The notes under the pieces were generated by a model. That model made no database searches. It had not been told where the DNA came from and worked only from the letters and a program-made list of their open reading frames with translations. The position numbers and the translations under genes are program-made. Below, piece by piece: positions 40,801 through 52,677 of a DNA stretch of 64,000 bases (its first letter is position 1; the number at the start of each line of letters is the position of its first letter). This DNA comes from Amoebophrya sp. A120 (taxonomy: Eukaryota; Protista; Dinoflagellata), in contig CAJINV010000001.1 in the NCBI GenBank assembly GCA_905178155.1, forward strand, positions 7,905,599 through 7,969,598. Reading direction: 5' to 3'.

Positions 40801-43800
40801 ATTACGTTGTTTTTGCCTCCCACCGAGACTTTTGTCGACAAGGTTTCGCGACGACAAATCAGGGTGTCGTTAATTGAGTCACCCGCCTTGGTCGTGCTGA
40901 GTAGAGACACCAGAAGAAAAAAACGCGAATTTTCTGCGCATTTTGCTTGAGGAACACCTTAGAATGAAAGAAGGTCTCCACTTCTCTGCTAAACCTGATG
41001 CATTTGGAATGAATGATGGAACGGAGGCCTGTTTCGAATGGACTGGAATGACGCGGTGCGGAGAAAGACGTTACTGGGGAAGTGCGGCTATCCTGTGCAA
41101 ACACTTCCACACTACAAAGCATCATAAAGTACTTAGTTTCATCTCGTAGTTTTTGGTTTTCGTAAGTGTACTTCTCGTGCGGAGGCACTGCTGAGCCTTG
41201 GATATAGTATATGTCTGTTGAAGCAGGGCCATCAACTCTCCTACGCAATAAAAAACTGCGACGCGCAATCAGAGTTTCAATTTCTTGACCTGCCCTTCAA
41301 AAGAAATTCTAATCCGTCGAATACATTGTCCTTCAAAAGAAATTCTAATCACCATGGGGGCGGGTCGTTTTTCTCAGGATGACCAGTCGAGCTTCTTCGC
41401 TCGCCACTGCTTTCGGACGCTTGCGCAGGAACGCGCGGGACGTGGTTTTGTGCCGATATCCACTGCTGCAAATACCTTGATATGGGCCGGACAGCGCAGT
41501 TTGTGATTGCTTGTTTGTATTTTCACGAAGGCCCCAGAGACCACGTCGGGAGCGAAGCTTGTGCATGATGAAGTTTTATTGAGATAGTAGGCAGCAGCGC
41601 CTGTTGCGCGCGACCGTTTTTTTTCCCGCTCAACAAACAGGTAGCACTACCTTCCAACAGGCATCTTCGCAGGGTGTGGACGGATGATGCGTCAACCCGA
41701 GAATGACAATGAAGTTTCCTTGCAATTTTGAGTTGAGATGACCGAAACTTAAGGGAGTATTTGCGATGGATGACTGGACGTGGTGAACAACGTTCCAGAG
41801 ATCGGTAGATGTTGCCAACAGTACCTAGAGGCCAACGGCGGTCTCCTGCTCACTCGCGCCACGGATATCCCAGTACACACCGCCCTAGATGAGCAGGGAC
41901 TTTCTTCGTCGGCGAACAGCGGAGGCAGTTCGAGCTCCGGGGCCAGCGCAGCTGCTGCTGCTTCGCAGGAGTCCAACTTGCTTGGCGGCTCGGAGCTGGA
42001 GCGAGCGTCCGCCCCGGGGGGTGTCACGTGCGAGTCGGTGTTGCAACGCGTCGGACCTTTGTGGAGGGAGATGCAGGAGGGGGTCCCGCTCCACTTGTTG
42101 AAGGCCTTATTTCTCTCGATCACGGAAGACGCTGTGACCGTCCTCGGAGCCTATCTTTACATGACTCAGCCGCAGAATATGAATAACTCCCCCGTTGGTG
42201 GTAGTGCAGTTGTTCCACCTGCTGAGACCACCACGACCGGAGGTGGCGCCTCCTTCGGAGCCCCTGCTATCGCGGCCGCCACACGAGAATGGAAGGGGCC
42301 CCTCGATTACGGTTTCTTCGAGCACGCACGACGGCTAATGCTTTCCATGAAAGCGTACGTGGTCTCCGACAAACCGGCTTCGTCCTCGGAAGGCTCCAGA
42401 GACGCGCAGGCTTTCGGGGATGACTCTCTGACGCTGCGCCGGATGGCGGCGACCCGCGTCTGGCCCCTGCTGCAGCAGCTGCTGCGCGGGTATCTAGTGC
42501 TGATCATCTTGCGCGCCCCGGCCATCTGGTCTCCAAGTGAGCAAGACCATTGGGCGTTCACGCAGAGGGTCGAGCTGGTGCGGTGCAAGGGCTCGGGACG
42601 CTTCGCGGCGGCCGACGGGATTTATGGGAGGCTGAAGGAACACCATGTGGACGAGGAGGTACACCGGTGAAAATTTACGCCCCCACGCCTGCTGTCCTCT
42701 TGCAAAGCCTCTGCGTCGTGTCGAACCAGCGTTCTTACCGGCGCTGGCCTTCCGTGGGCAGGTAGAATGTCCTGCATGAGGATCTTTCTTCTAGCAGTGC
42801 TGGCGCTTCTGCTATGATTTTGCCACGGGCTCCATGAATATGCTGCCAGATGAGTAGTGCTAAGTATGTAATCATGATTAATATGCGGCGGACCTGCCAG
42901 AGCATTTCTGCCACTGCCGGAACTGCCAGAAATAACGTTTGCGCAGAAGTTGCATCTTGTTTTGCAACACAAGGCGACTACAATTTTGTCCCCTCCAGCA
43001 TTCAAAAGAAAGCTCTACGTACATTGCGTCTTGTTCTGTGCTGAGGGGTGGGGACGTTTATTTTGCACCGGATAGGATGGTGCGCCGCACTACCCGTCCT
43101 ACGACGATCTGCCCTGGGCCGCCGCGCTGCTGCAGAAAATGAAGCAGGATAAGCGGCCGGGGAATCCGGCGGAGGCCTACTATCGCATGGACGTTGAGCG
43201 TCTGTCCGCGGAGGATCTCGATGCGGCCGCTTTGATGACAGACGAAGAGGCAGGTGCGGCGTCGGCGCCCGGTGACGGACGCAATAGGCCGCCTAGTCAC
43301 TCGTCTTCTTCATTCGTGGAGCCTGATTTCGGCCAGCGCAGAGGAAGACGGGGACGGGAGAGGGACTCCACTCGGCCTGCTCGCGTGCTGTTCACGCCGG
43401 GGCAGCGTTGGGAGATTCAGATGGAGAAAATGACTTTGCGGGAGAACACCGGGGCAGCGTCCACTTCGAGACTGGAAGACATTTGGAACTGGCGGGACAT
43501 CAAGTGTACCACCACGAGCGATGGCGGCGCGAGCAGCGCTGCGAGAACGGAATGTCGGGAGGAGGAGGGTGGGGAAGCTGAATCTACGAAGCCTGTACAC
43601 TCTTCCACTTTCCTGCACCAACTCAACACAAGGACGACGCAGGTGCGGTGCCACCCTCTTACTGGACGAGGCCGAGTAGACGCGGAGCAAGGGGCGCGGT
43701 TGGACCTCTTGCGCGAGCGGTCGGACCTTCTGCGGCACGTGATGGCAGTGTTGAAGGCCGGTCGGTGGTACATCGGACGCATCCTACGAAACAGCGCGTC

Positions 43801-46800
43801 TTCAAAACGGAGTACTTCTAGGCCGAAGGCGAGCCGCGTCGACGCGGCGGGGGCTGGCGGAAACCAACCGGTGTCCTCCGTGCAGGGCAAGGGGGTAGCA
43901 GCAGACATCGATTTGAACAATCTAGCACAAGGCAGCGCGCTCCGGGCGGATATGGAACAGGAAGCGGCGCGCAGACGGTACCTCGAGCCTCTTCTGCACG
44001 AGGAGCAGACTGCCGTCGAGGAAAAGGAGCGGAGACTGGGGTAAAGTCATTTTATTTTTCAATCATATGAGATTTTTGTTTGTTGCCTGCGAAGGAACAC
44101 ACATGCTGTTTTTTGCCTGCGCCGTTGCTCAGCTCGTCTCCGTTGCTGAGACAGAAGTAGCTCAGGAGAGCAAGAAAGGTAGTAAGCGAAATGCCTTTTG
44201 TTCAAAATAATCTCGATGCACTACATCTACAACTACACCAGGGAATTACTGGGGTCCGAGTTCGCGCGCAGCTTCTTTGGTTTCGATGCGCCGAGTGTGC
44301 GGGAACTTTCTGCCGTTGCGGTGCGGCGATATTTGACGTTCGTGGACTGCATGCAAAGGGAGTTGGTGGCTAGCTGCCAAATTGAAGAAGAAAGTCCGCC
44401 TAGCGTTGAGTACCTATGCAATGCAGAAAGTGTTGTAGCGGAAATATTCTTTACTAGACGCAAGTAACCACAGCACCGGTCGGTGCATGACGCGTCTGTC
44501 TGCGTTTGTGATTTCTTTGCGCAAAGATCAGATGGTTTCAGTAGATCTCGTACCACCAATGTCTAATAGACAAGGTGCACGAATAAACTTCGTTTCGGAA
44601 AAATAAACATCAAGGGTGGAGGAAGAATCGATGCACTCAAAAACTTTTGCAGGGCATAGATTTCTTCTTACAGCCGGAATCCGGGTGCTAGAGGGCAGCC
44701 GCGGGCCCGGCCCCTGTTGGTGCAAGACGCGATCGCTCCGACCGGCGCGGCTAAGGGAGATCCGGCGTCAGGCTGGCTAGAGAGCGAGGCACACGATCGC
44801 GTGCAATACGCGTCGCTTGATCCGTTTCAAGCGCGGGCGGACTTCGAGCGTCTCGTGGCGGCGGAATGGGCGTCTCTGGGCGACGCCGGCGACTTGCTGA
44901 AGCATCTTCCCGCGCAGTGCTATGTCGAGCCGGGTCTCTCTGCCTCGCCGGACGATCTACGTGAGAATTTTTTGAAGGTGAGGAGAAAGACGTCCTACGG
45001 ATTAGTCAACCGGGCCGACCGTGTCAACGAGGTATCCACTGCAAAAGTATCGTACTCGTATAAATGCAAGTCTTGCAACATTACAAATCTTGTTCCCAAG
45101 GCAAATCAGTATGACAAATTCGTTTTCTCATGCTGAGAAAATGCGATTTATACTAGTGCGTTGCTTTTGCAGTTCATACGAGGCACAGGAGACGAATTTC
45201 GTACTGATCCGGGTTCGGATGCAGTTCCAAATCTGCCCGTCGTGGTTGGCGCAGGACCCGGTGCGACGATTCTGGTGGTTTGGGTCCGTTCCCCTGCTGC
45301 CCGAGGTGCAGGGCGTACTTTCACTGGCGTTGCTGGGTCGCGAGATGGTGCCCAATGGGCTGGTCTTGCTTGCGCGCTACTTCCGATACCTGCCCCTCTC
45401 GGAGATGTATCACCGGGTGGCAAAGTTGGTACAGAGGGACCGAAAGATGTACCCCAAGTATGGGCTTCCGGCCGTGACCGGCCGAGAGGAGTGGGTACAG
45501 GAAGCCGGTGCGGTGGCGGTGCGCCTTGCGCGGCTGGGAAAGCGTCTCGAGGATAAGGGGGGCCTTTTTTTGGCCGACGAGCTGGCGCTGCAGTCGGCAA
45601 TCACTCTGGTGGACTACAATAAAGTGTGTACCGAGGCGGGGGCCGCCGGTTTTCCTGTCACCGATGAGTCAGGAAACAATTATGCGGCTGCGGACCCTAC
45701 TGCGACCTCAGGCAGGACCAGGTACAGCAGCGACACTAATGTGAGAGACGATGCGATGAACAGTGCCGCGGCTTCTTCCCCGTCACAGGAGCGTCGTGTG
45801 CCAGTAGAGGAAGGAGATGCGGACGACCTTCTGGCCAAGTGTTCGACAGTGTACTCCGAATGGATCCGGACCATTTTCTATGAGAGTGCAAAACTCGTTC
45901 TCCCCGTCATCAGCGCTGTTTGCCTGACCACAGTCTGAGGGCCGCCCGCCCAAATAGCACTTCTTCACTCCGCGGGTGGATATGCCATGCAGAAGCAGCA
46001 CAGTCTGTTTATGTCATGCGGAAGCTGTGTGATTCAATCGTTTTTGTTGCTGCTGCTTTTGTTGCTGTAGCAGATAGAACCTACCATGCAATTATAAATG
46101 AAAGGCAGGGGTGGAAATTGTGATCTCTCATACTTTATCAACTGCAAATATGTCTGGGTCTGGAGACTTGTGATGATGAATTGTGGAGGACTGAAATACT
46201 TCCCAATGCAGCCAAGCATGACGAGTTTGCCGCACACTTTCTCATGCGCAGTCGGCATGAGAAACTGCGCTTTTGTCTAATGACATCAAAAGATAAAGAG
46301 GGCGTCTTTTTGCTAGTCATGCAACACAGATTTTACAAGAATGCAGGACTACTAGCATTACAAGTTCCATGCTTCTAGACGTATTTGCAATGCATATATT
46401 TTGGGCAAGAACTTTCCGCGGATTCACAACGCAAACCTGGTTCCCATCCCAGGCACCATGGACCTCCAGATCGTCCTGCAAGTGCAGACGCGAACGCAGG
46501 CCATGGTCACCACCATGGGCTGGAAAGAGGCGTTCGTACGGTTTGCAGATGTGCTGGTTTCCCAACCGGATGCGGATTTTCAGCGGGGTACGGTTTTATC
46601 CGTGGAGCCATCGGGAGAGCGGCTAGCGGTCAGCGGCTCCTGCGACGATGGTGAGGAGGGCGGAGTCCTGCTTGTTGCTCTGCCGTCATTATCGCACAGA
46701 GAATTTTTTTGATTCTTGGACCGCAATACCTACCCCTTTCCGGGACACAGTCTGTTCCCCAGATTTTGTTCTTTTGTACGGAAATTATAGAAGATCGGGT

Positions 46801-49800
46801 AGCTCTTTGCACGTACATTCTGTTTTACTACAAAAACGTGCATTCCGGTGCTGGAATTGAAAGTATGTTCTGATTAGCATTAATAAAAATTCTCTGTGTG
46901 ACATTGCTTCGTTGCGCAAGGCGGTCGGCAGGAAGCGTCCAAAAGGATTGTGCGGATGCGATCGCCCTGCGTGCGGTCACTGCATTGGGAGGCTACCGGT
47001 CTGTTGGTGGAGGATCTCTCAGGCGGGCTTCGAAGTCTGACCCCTCCGGCCGAGAATCCCACGTGCGGGGCGGCAAGTGGCGACCCGTCGGGCGACAGTC
47101 CGCTTTCTGGAAGGCTGGACCAAACAGGGATTTGTTCTGCAGAGCCTGTGCGGTTTCCGGGGGTAGGTCGCCCGCTAGCGGAAGAGGAGGCAGAGGTGAA
47201 TCCGGGCTTGCGGCCCTACCACCGCATTTGGGAGCAGACAGCGACCGCTACGTTTCGCTGCGCTCGTGATTCTAAGTTTACCTGCATCTCCGCCGGAGCT
47301 CGGGTTGCGCAGTTGTATTATCGCATCACGCACTTGAATGACGTTTCCTTTCCCAGCTGGGGCACGGTGCGGATACGGGTGCAAGTTAACGACTGGGCCG
47401 AGATGCAGTGCAACGTTGAGAAACGCGTTTACTGCGATCGCAGTGGGGATGCCAAGAACTTATGCACACGTGTAGAAGAGAGGGCGGAAATGTCGTTTGG
47501 GGACGTGTACGAAACCGGCGTTGGTACTATTACTTCAAATACGAACTCTGATATGTTGAATTTTGTTTAAGTATCGCCCGGAGCTACGCTCAGCAGCTAC
47601 TTTCTGAAACTGAGTCACTCGCACTTGCGTCTGCGCGAGTGGAAAAACCGGGCACGAGCACTGATGTTGGGCAGCACAGGATGAGGTGAATTATATTCCG
47701 ACCCGAGCCAGTCATTTTGCTGGCCATCCATTTCCGTTTGACCGTGCTGCCAGGGCAAGATCGATTGTTTGAGTACTCACAGATTACGAACTATCTCAAC
47801 TTCAGATCTCGACTCGAAAGGCCGATCGTTCGCGTGGCGCGGTCTTCGCGGGGGCTTGATGAGTCGGGTCGACGGGCGGCCGTCCATGCGGCAGCTGAAG
47901 GTGTTCTGGCAGGTGTTTTCGATGCTGGACGCGTGTGGCATGAGGGAGGTGTGCACGGGCGGGTTTGGGCCCGAATGCCCTATGTGGATGTCCCGAGCGT
48001 TGACGGAAACGACGGCGCATCCGCAAGAGCGCGACACGGTGTTCGTCGAGTCGCCGGTGCAGCAGTGCGCCCACCTCGCGGACGTTCGCTCCACGAAGGT
48101 GGTGGATCAACTGGTTGTTGTACCCGGGGACCTCCTGCATATCAGCTGCTACCCCCGTGTATCCACGGCAGATATGTCTGGGTGGGGAATAAGGTTGCGA
48201 AGCAAAAAAATTGCGAATGGTGTGCGCACTGCGATACGCAGCCAAGCGTGACAAGTTTTTGAGCTGCTATGTCTTTTAGTATCGGCATGGAACTACAAAT
48301 TAATAAATTGCGGCTTTGCATGACGGACAAGAGGCGCCTTTCCTGCTCATGCGTCACAGAGTTAAGTAGAGAAAGAGTCTCCTGATGACAGACAAGTAGG
48401 ATGACAAACTTTCACTCTTCCAGACGCAGACAGATTTGCAATGCATACCGTGGCGGCTCCCCGGACGAGAGCAGCGGCAGCACCATAGTGGAGATTCCCG
48501 AAGTCGACTTCGTTCCCGTCGCGGGCGCCGGCGAGGACAGCAAACTCGCCTTCATGTACGAGTATCAAACTTCTACCACAGATAAGCGCACGACCTCGTT
48601 GAAGTCTTCCGCCACGCTGACACTGCAAGGAAAGACGACGACGTTCGCAAAGGCCGCGTCGGACCCGAATGGACTTGGCTTTTGCGAAGAGCAGCCTCCG
48701 GCGTTTGGGGCGCGGGGGCAAGGAAACTACAATCGCGGGACGTCCCGAGAAGGTGCAAGCACCTTCGTACCGCGGCCACGGTGGTCGTCGTACCAGCCCC
48801 GCGATTCCGCGGCCACGGAAATTTCGAACACCGGCGCAGTTCTCGCACAGAAGGAACTTTCACCGGCGTCGGGCGGTGGATTTTCCGCCAGGACAAAGGA
48901 CGACGGGGGCAGCGTATCCTCGTCTTCGTCCCAGGGCCAGAGCCGGCCATCGCGCCTGGTTTTTTTGCGCCCCAGCGAGCAGCCCGCGTGGCGCGAGAAG
49001 CAGCGACCACAAGACCGCATGCACCTGCGAGTGCAGTGCAGCGTACTGGACACCAGCGAGCAGCGCGCGCCACTGCGGCGCATGCTCTCCCAGTCACTGC
49101 TCACCTTTCTCACCATGAAAGACCGCTGCATTCGTCGCCCACCTGCAGAGGAACCTCCCGACCTGCATCGCGGACCCGCTATTCGTATCCCACGCAAAAG
49201 CGTTCTCAGTTGCAGTCGTTTTTTGATGTAAGAGTAGGCAGGGCGAAGGACTTAGCAATCCGAATATAGTACATTCATCGAGACAATAAGAGCCGCAAAG
49301 TGCCAATTTTTGCCATGCATTCGGGCCGTCGTTAGTAGTACATCATGCCTGCGACTGCAGAACTTTTGCAATGTACAAGGTCCTACGTGCAGGCAGCAGA
49401 TACCGGGGAGTACGTGCCCCTTTCTGAGCTGCTGACGGGACAGGGATTGGGGCTAAAGGTCGCCGAGGACCTGATTCGTGCGGACTCCACGCTACTGGAT
49501 TCGAGCGGGGGCAGTCGGGAACGACCCGAGGGAGGACTACTGGATTCCGCCGGCGACGACTCCGGGCTTCCCCCGTTCGGGGGCGGGTTGAAAAGCGTGT
49601 CGCTGTTGCGGCACTACCGACAACAGAAAACCGCGGCGGTGCGCAAGTCGACGTTGCACGGGGTCTTTTCCTTCGCGTTCGAGCAACCGCTGCACGAGCA
49701 GCTGGAGCCCGGGCAGCGGTACACGCTTTCCTGCGAACTCGGTACCCTGCTCCGCAGCACCTTTTCCACAAGGAGCGCGCCGTCGAGCGAGAACGAGGAC

Positions 49801-51843
49801 CTGCGAGACACCGCTTCAGACGCTTACTTCTTCGCGTTTCGCCGGGCGCAGAAGGACTTTCTGATGCCGACGCCGTTCTTCGCGAAGCGGCCTGAGTTCC
49901 AAGTGAGCAAGAGTAGCAGACGCACGGGGCCCGCGGTCGCGGTGCTGCGCGCGAAGAGCGCACTCAGCGAGGACAGCGACACCTTCGTGAACTCGGTTGC
50001 CGGGGGGAAGTGCTTGCTGAGGGGCGTGAGCCACATGCACTGGCTGCGAGTGCTTAGTTTGCTGCCCGAGCCCACCGCGTGGAAGGATCACGACGAGATT
50101 CTGCACGAGGAGACCTTCCGCGGCGAGGACGGCGTGACCTACTTGGCGGACTGCTACCCGGTGGCGCCGAACGGGGTGACGGGATCTTCCGTCTCCGTGG
50201 AAGTCACGTTCCCAGCGGACTTCGGGCCGCTGGTGTGCGCCGCGCCGCCTCCGTTCTTTCTGTACGCAGTGCTTGTCTCGTTGTTCTTTTGGCTGACTGT
50301 GAGAGACACCGTGAAAGTGTTCGGTAAGGAGCAGCTACACTTCCTGCGATCGCGCGTCGTGGCCGGTCTGAAGCTGGCGGTCGCCGCGAGCGCCATGGGT
50401 GCGTTTATTTTTTTGGTCTTTGCGGTGTTTCTGGCCGCCGAGTGTACCGGGGTCGGGGTGATCCTCTCCCTGATCTTGCTAGTGGTCGGCCCGGGGTGCA
50501 CCCAGGTGGTGTTTCCAGAGCTGTACCGTTGGTTCGTGCTGGGGCGTGCCGTGAAACGGCTCGCCGCCCTGCGTGACTCGATCGACAACGTGGTACAGCG
50601 CAAAGCGATCGCCGAGCTCCACGCCAGCCTGGTGCAGCGGTACTTTGTGTTGTGCAGCACAAACACCTTGCCTATGTCCGTGGACGCCGACGGAAACTTC
50701 CAGGCGCGCCTGCCCGCCCCCCGGCTCAGCGCGGCGGTCGTCGGGAGCAACAGCAAAAATAAAGCCGGGGGTGGTCAAGGTCAACAACAAGAGCAACGGC
50801 CGCTGGAGCGCGAGGGGATGCTGCAGCTGCTCGAGGAGCTGGAGAGCGGGTTTTCGCTGCTGAAGCAGGCGGCGGCCGCCGAGTCCGACCGGCTGAAGCG
50901 GTTGCTGCAGGTGGCGTACGACAACTACAGCCAGCAGGTCGGGTGGGAGTCCCTGGTGCGGATTCCCAACTACACGTGGCCGGGGAACCCAACGGCCGCG
51001 CAGCCGGACGGGCCGGTGTGGTGGCAGCAGGACGCCGAGTGGATCCAGATGTTCCACGACCGCACCAACGGCGCGAAGACCGGGTTCGCGGCCCGCTTGT
51101 CGTGGTACAAAGCGCAGGCGGCCTGGGCGCGCGCCTACTTCGTCACGAAACTGTCCGAGGCCGTCACGAACTTCTCGCTCGCCAACACCCCCGGCAAGCT
51201 GCAGATGAGCGCCAGCTTCTGCCAGTCCTCCTGGAACGCGCGGTTCGCGCGGGAGGGTGGCGACGTGCTCGAGCGGGAGCCCTTCAACAACGACCGCAGC
51301 TGGACGCAAACGGAGCTCTCCGACAACGTGAAAATGATCAGCGACACGCTGTTCACCAGTGTCGCGGCCCTGGGCGTGGGCCCGCCGAAGGACGCCGCGC
51401 GCGCGGGGGCCAAGATCGAGGAGATTTTGTCCGAAAAGGACGCGGAAAAGTTCCCGGACCGCGACTGGTGCCCGGAGCGGTACATGAGCGACTACCTGCG
51501 CGCGCGGGTGGTGTTTGCCACACCCGCGGCGGTCACGGGGTTCTTCTGGTACCTGCTGCTGTACTTCCCCGGGCTGGACGTGATTCGGGTGAAAAACAAA
51601 ATGAAAAAGCGCGACATGGTCACGGCGGCGGACATCCACCTCAACCTGAGGATCCCGGTCCCACCCTTCACGGGCGAGAAGCTGTACCACATTGCCGAGC
51701 TGCAGCTCCTCCTAGAAAACTTCGTGCTGGTGCGGGACCTCGAACACAGGTATTACGAGATCAAGCGCGCGAACAAGTTCGTGGAGCTGCTGGCGCCCGT
51801 CTTTCCGGAGGAACGTGAATCTGCGTCGGAAGGACCAGGGTGA
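37866..51843 (+). CDS. Giant (~3,250 aa) receptor-like membrane protein: signal-like N-terminus, Cys-rich/PAN-like ectodomain, ~3 TM helices, C-terminal RelA/SpoT-like synthetase domain
   Basis: About 17 exons joined in frame by GT-AG introns (41129-41377, 44041-44241, 45933-46104, 46651-46920, 47524-47805) and 10 introner introns. One junction (~40740-40920) is unresolved. TMs at ~50250-50500. C-terminal motifs PPK..ARAGAK, SDYLRARVV, VIRVKN, DIHLNL, HIAELQL and EHRYYEIKR. Confidence 0.6.
38167..38479. mobile_element. Degenerate introner, family C
   Basis: TATCCTCAGTAAAA ... GGGACGTTTTTACTGAGGAGA; TSD CTTAT/ATTGT. Excision +5 gives NAPLYERLRG. Confidence 0.7.
38728..38972. mobile_element. 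Degenerate introner
   Basis: TACGCATAGTGCAA ... TTTTGCAGTGGATA; TSD CCCGG/CCTGG. Excision gives MRLPGEDEDG. Confidence 0.7.
39424..39800. mobile_element. Degenerate family A introner
   Basis: TATCAAACGCAGTTAT..TCTGGGTGTGGAAG ... ATAATTTGCAATGCATA; TSD TCCGG/TGCGT. Excision gives RINIRWICIG. Confidence 0.7.
41457..41772. mobile_element. Degenerate introner
   Basis: TATCCACTGCTGCAAATAC ... GTATTTGCGATGGATG. Excision +5 (321) removes stops and gives GFVP(N/D)VVNN. Confidence 0.55.
42660..43074. mobile_element. Diverged introner (415 bp)
   Basis: TACACCGGTGAAAATTTACGCCCCCAC mirrors GTGGGGACGTTTATTTTGCACCGGATA; TSD GGAGG/GGATG. Excision gives VDEEGAPHYP. Confidence 0.8.
44415..44658. mobile_element. 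Degenerate introner
   Basis: TATGCAATGCAGAAAGTGTTG ... CAAAACTTTTGCAGGGCATA; TSD decayed (GTACC/GATTT). Excision +5 gives VEYPSYSRN. Confidence 0.6.
45033..45178. mobile_element. Introner/MITE, family B (146 bp)
   Basis: TATCCACTGCAAAAGTATCGTACTCGTA is shared with the 24046 element; TSD CGAGG. Excision gives RVNEAQETNF. Confidence 0.88.
46136..46396. mobile_element. Family A introner (261 bp)
   Basis: TATCAACTGCAAATATGTCTGGGTCTGGA ... GACGTATTTGCAATGCATA; TSD TACTT/TATTT. Excision gives VISHTLGKNF. Confidence 0.82.
48160..48447. mobile_element. Family A introner (288 bp)
   Basis: TATCCACGGCAGATATGTCTGGG ... TTCCAGACGCAGACAGATTTGCAATGCATA; TSD CCGTG. Excision gives CYPRGGSPD. Confidence 0.88.
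49186..49377. mobile_element. Degenerate introner
   Basis: TATCCCACGCAAAAGCGTTCT..GCAGTC mirrors GACTGCAGAACTTTTGCAATGTACA. Removing element +5 (197) is frame-consistent. TSD lost. Confidence 0.5.
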
Positions 51844-52677
51844 GGTGCTGAAACCAGATGGAGAAGAATTAGAATTAGAATTAGAAAGAAGAAGTGCTTT
51901 TTACTAAACCAAACGCAAACAAATAAGCGAAAAAATGTTCAGAAATGTTTTGGCTGCTCCTGTCAGGCCGTCAGAGCAGTGAGAGATGTAAGTAACTGTA
52001 ACTAACCTAGGTTGGCAAGAAAAGCAAGGCTCCCTCTTTCGCTCTGCCTAAGCCTGTCGATGGCGGAGTGAAGATGTATGTGGTCTCGGAAATAAGACAG
52101 GGAGGGTGAAAAAAAGCACCCGTAGCTATACTGATTCCTTCTGATGTGTTGAAGTGGTATGGAAAAGAGAAAATGAATGCGTGTCGCGCAGTGTGGCTGG
52201 CGCCTTCTAGAGTCTCTCAATCGAAAGGTGAGATGTGCTTGCTGCGTTCTTGATGTTCGCTATTCGAGGATTGTCAGATATTCAAAAGATCCGGGAGACC
52301 GCGCACCGATCTATCACCGTTCCCCGATCATTTTTGCCATAGGTTTTGTGTTATTCGATCTCATTTCGGCAGATCGAGTTCTGTACAGTAGTGTATGATG
52401 TTCAACTTGAACCACGATCTGTGCTGCTTTCCAGGCTTTTTCTGTCTTTAGTGATGGGTGAAGCAAGCGCTAATTTTATCTCGATGAATGAAGCAAACGA
52501 TCTCAGGCTCGGGTCCGGCACATTTCTTTTTCTCGGACATTGCGCAAAGTTCTGTAGAATTTTTGCATCGAGAATTTTGAAGATCTTTCCGATCGTCTTG
52601 ATTTTACCAAGCCTCGTACTTCCATTGCACAAGATCTTCTGGAACAAAAAAAGACGCGTATATACAAGTCTGCGACG

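Noticed and set aside
40740-40920. Left TIR-like sequence TATCCATGGCAGATTTGCTCGGGTCTCGAG
   Set aside because: Probably another old introner, but I could not place a right end or TSD, so it is not listed as a feature.
41293-41350. 21-bp direct repeat CCTTCAAAAGAAATTCTAATC x2
   Set aside because: A local duplication inside a GT-AG intron, with only two copies and no evident function.
41771-41773. In-frame TGA codons (also 18500) suggesting recoding, selenocysteine or a pseudogene
   Set aside because: They fall within the ends of degenerate introner introns, so no alternative genetic code is needed.
50479-51690. Long minus-strand ORFs (403 aa here; also 8304-9137, 19226-20167, 25772-26434)
   Set aside because: Antisense shadows of GC3-rich + strand genes, with no motifs of their own.
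12655-51843. TUTase, PIN RNase and RelA-like genes as a functional cluster
   Set aside because: They are interspersed with unrelated housekeeping and ciliary genes in a generally co-oriented block, so proximity is not evidence of a shared pathway.
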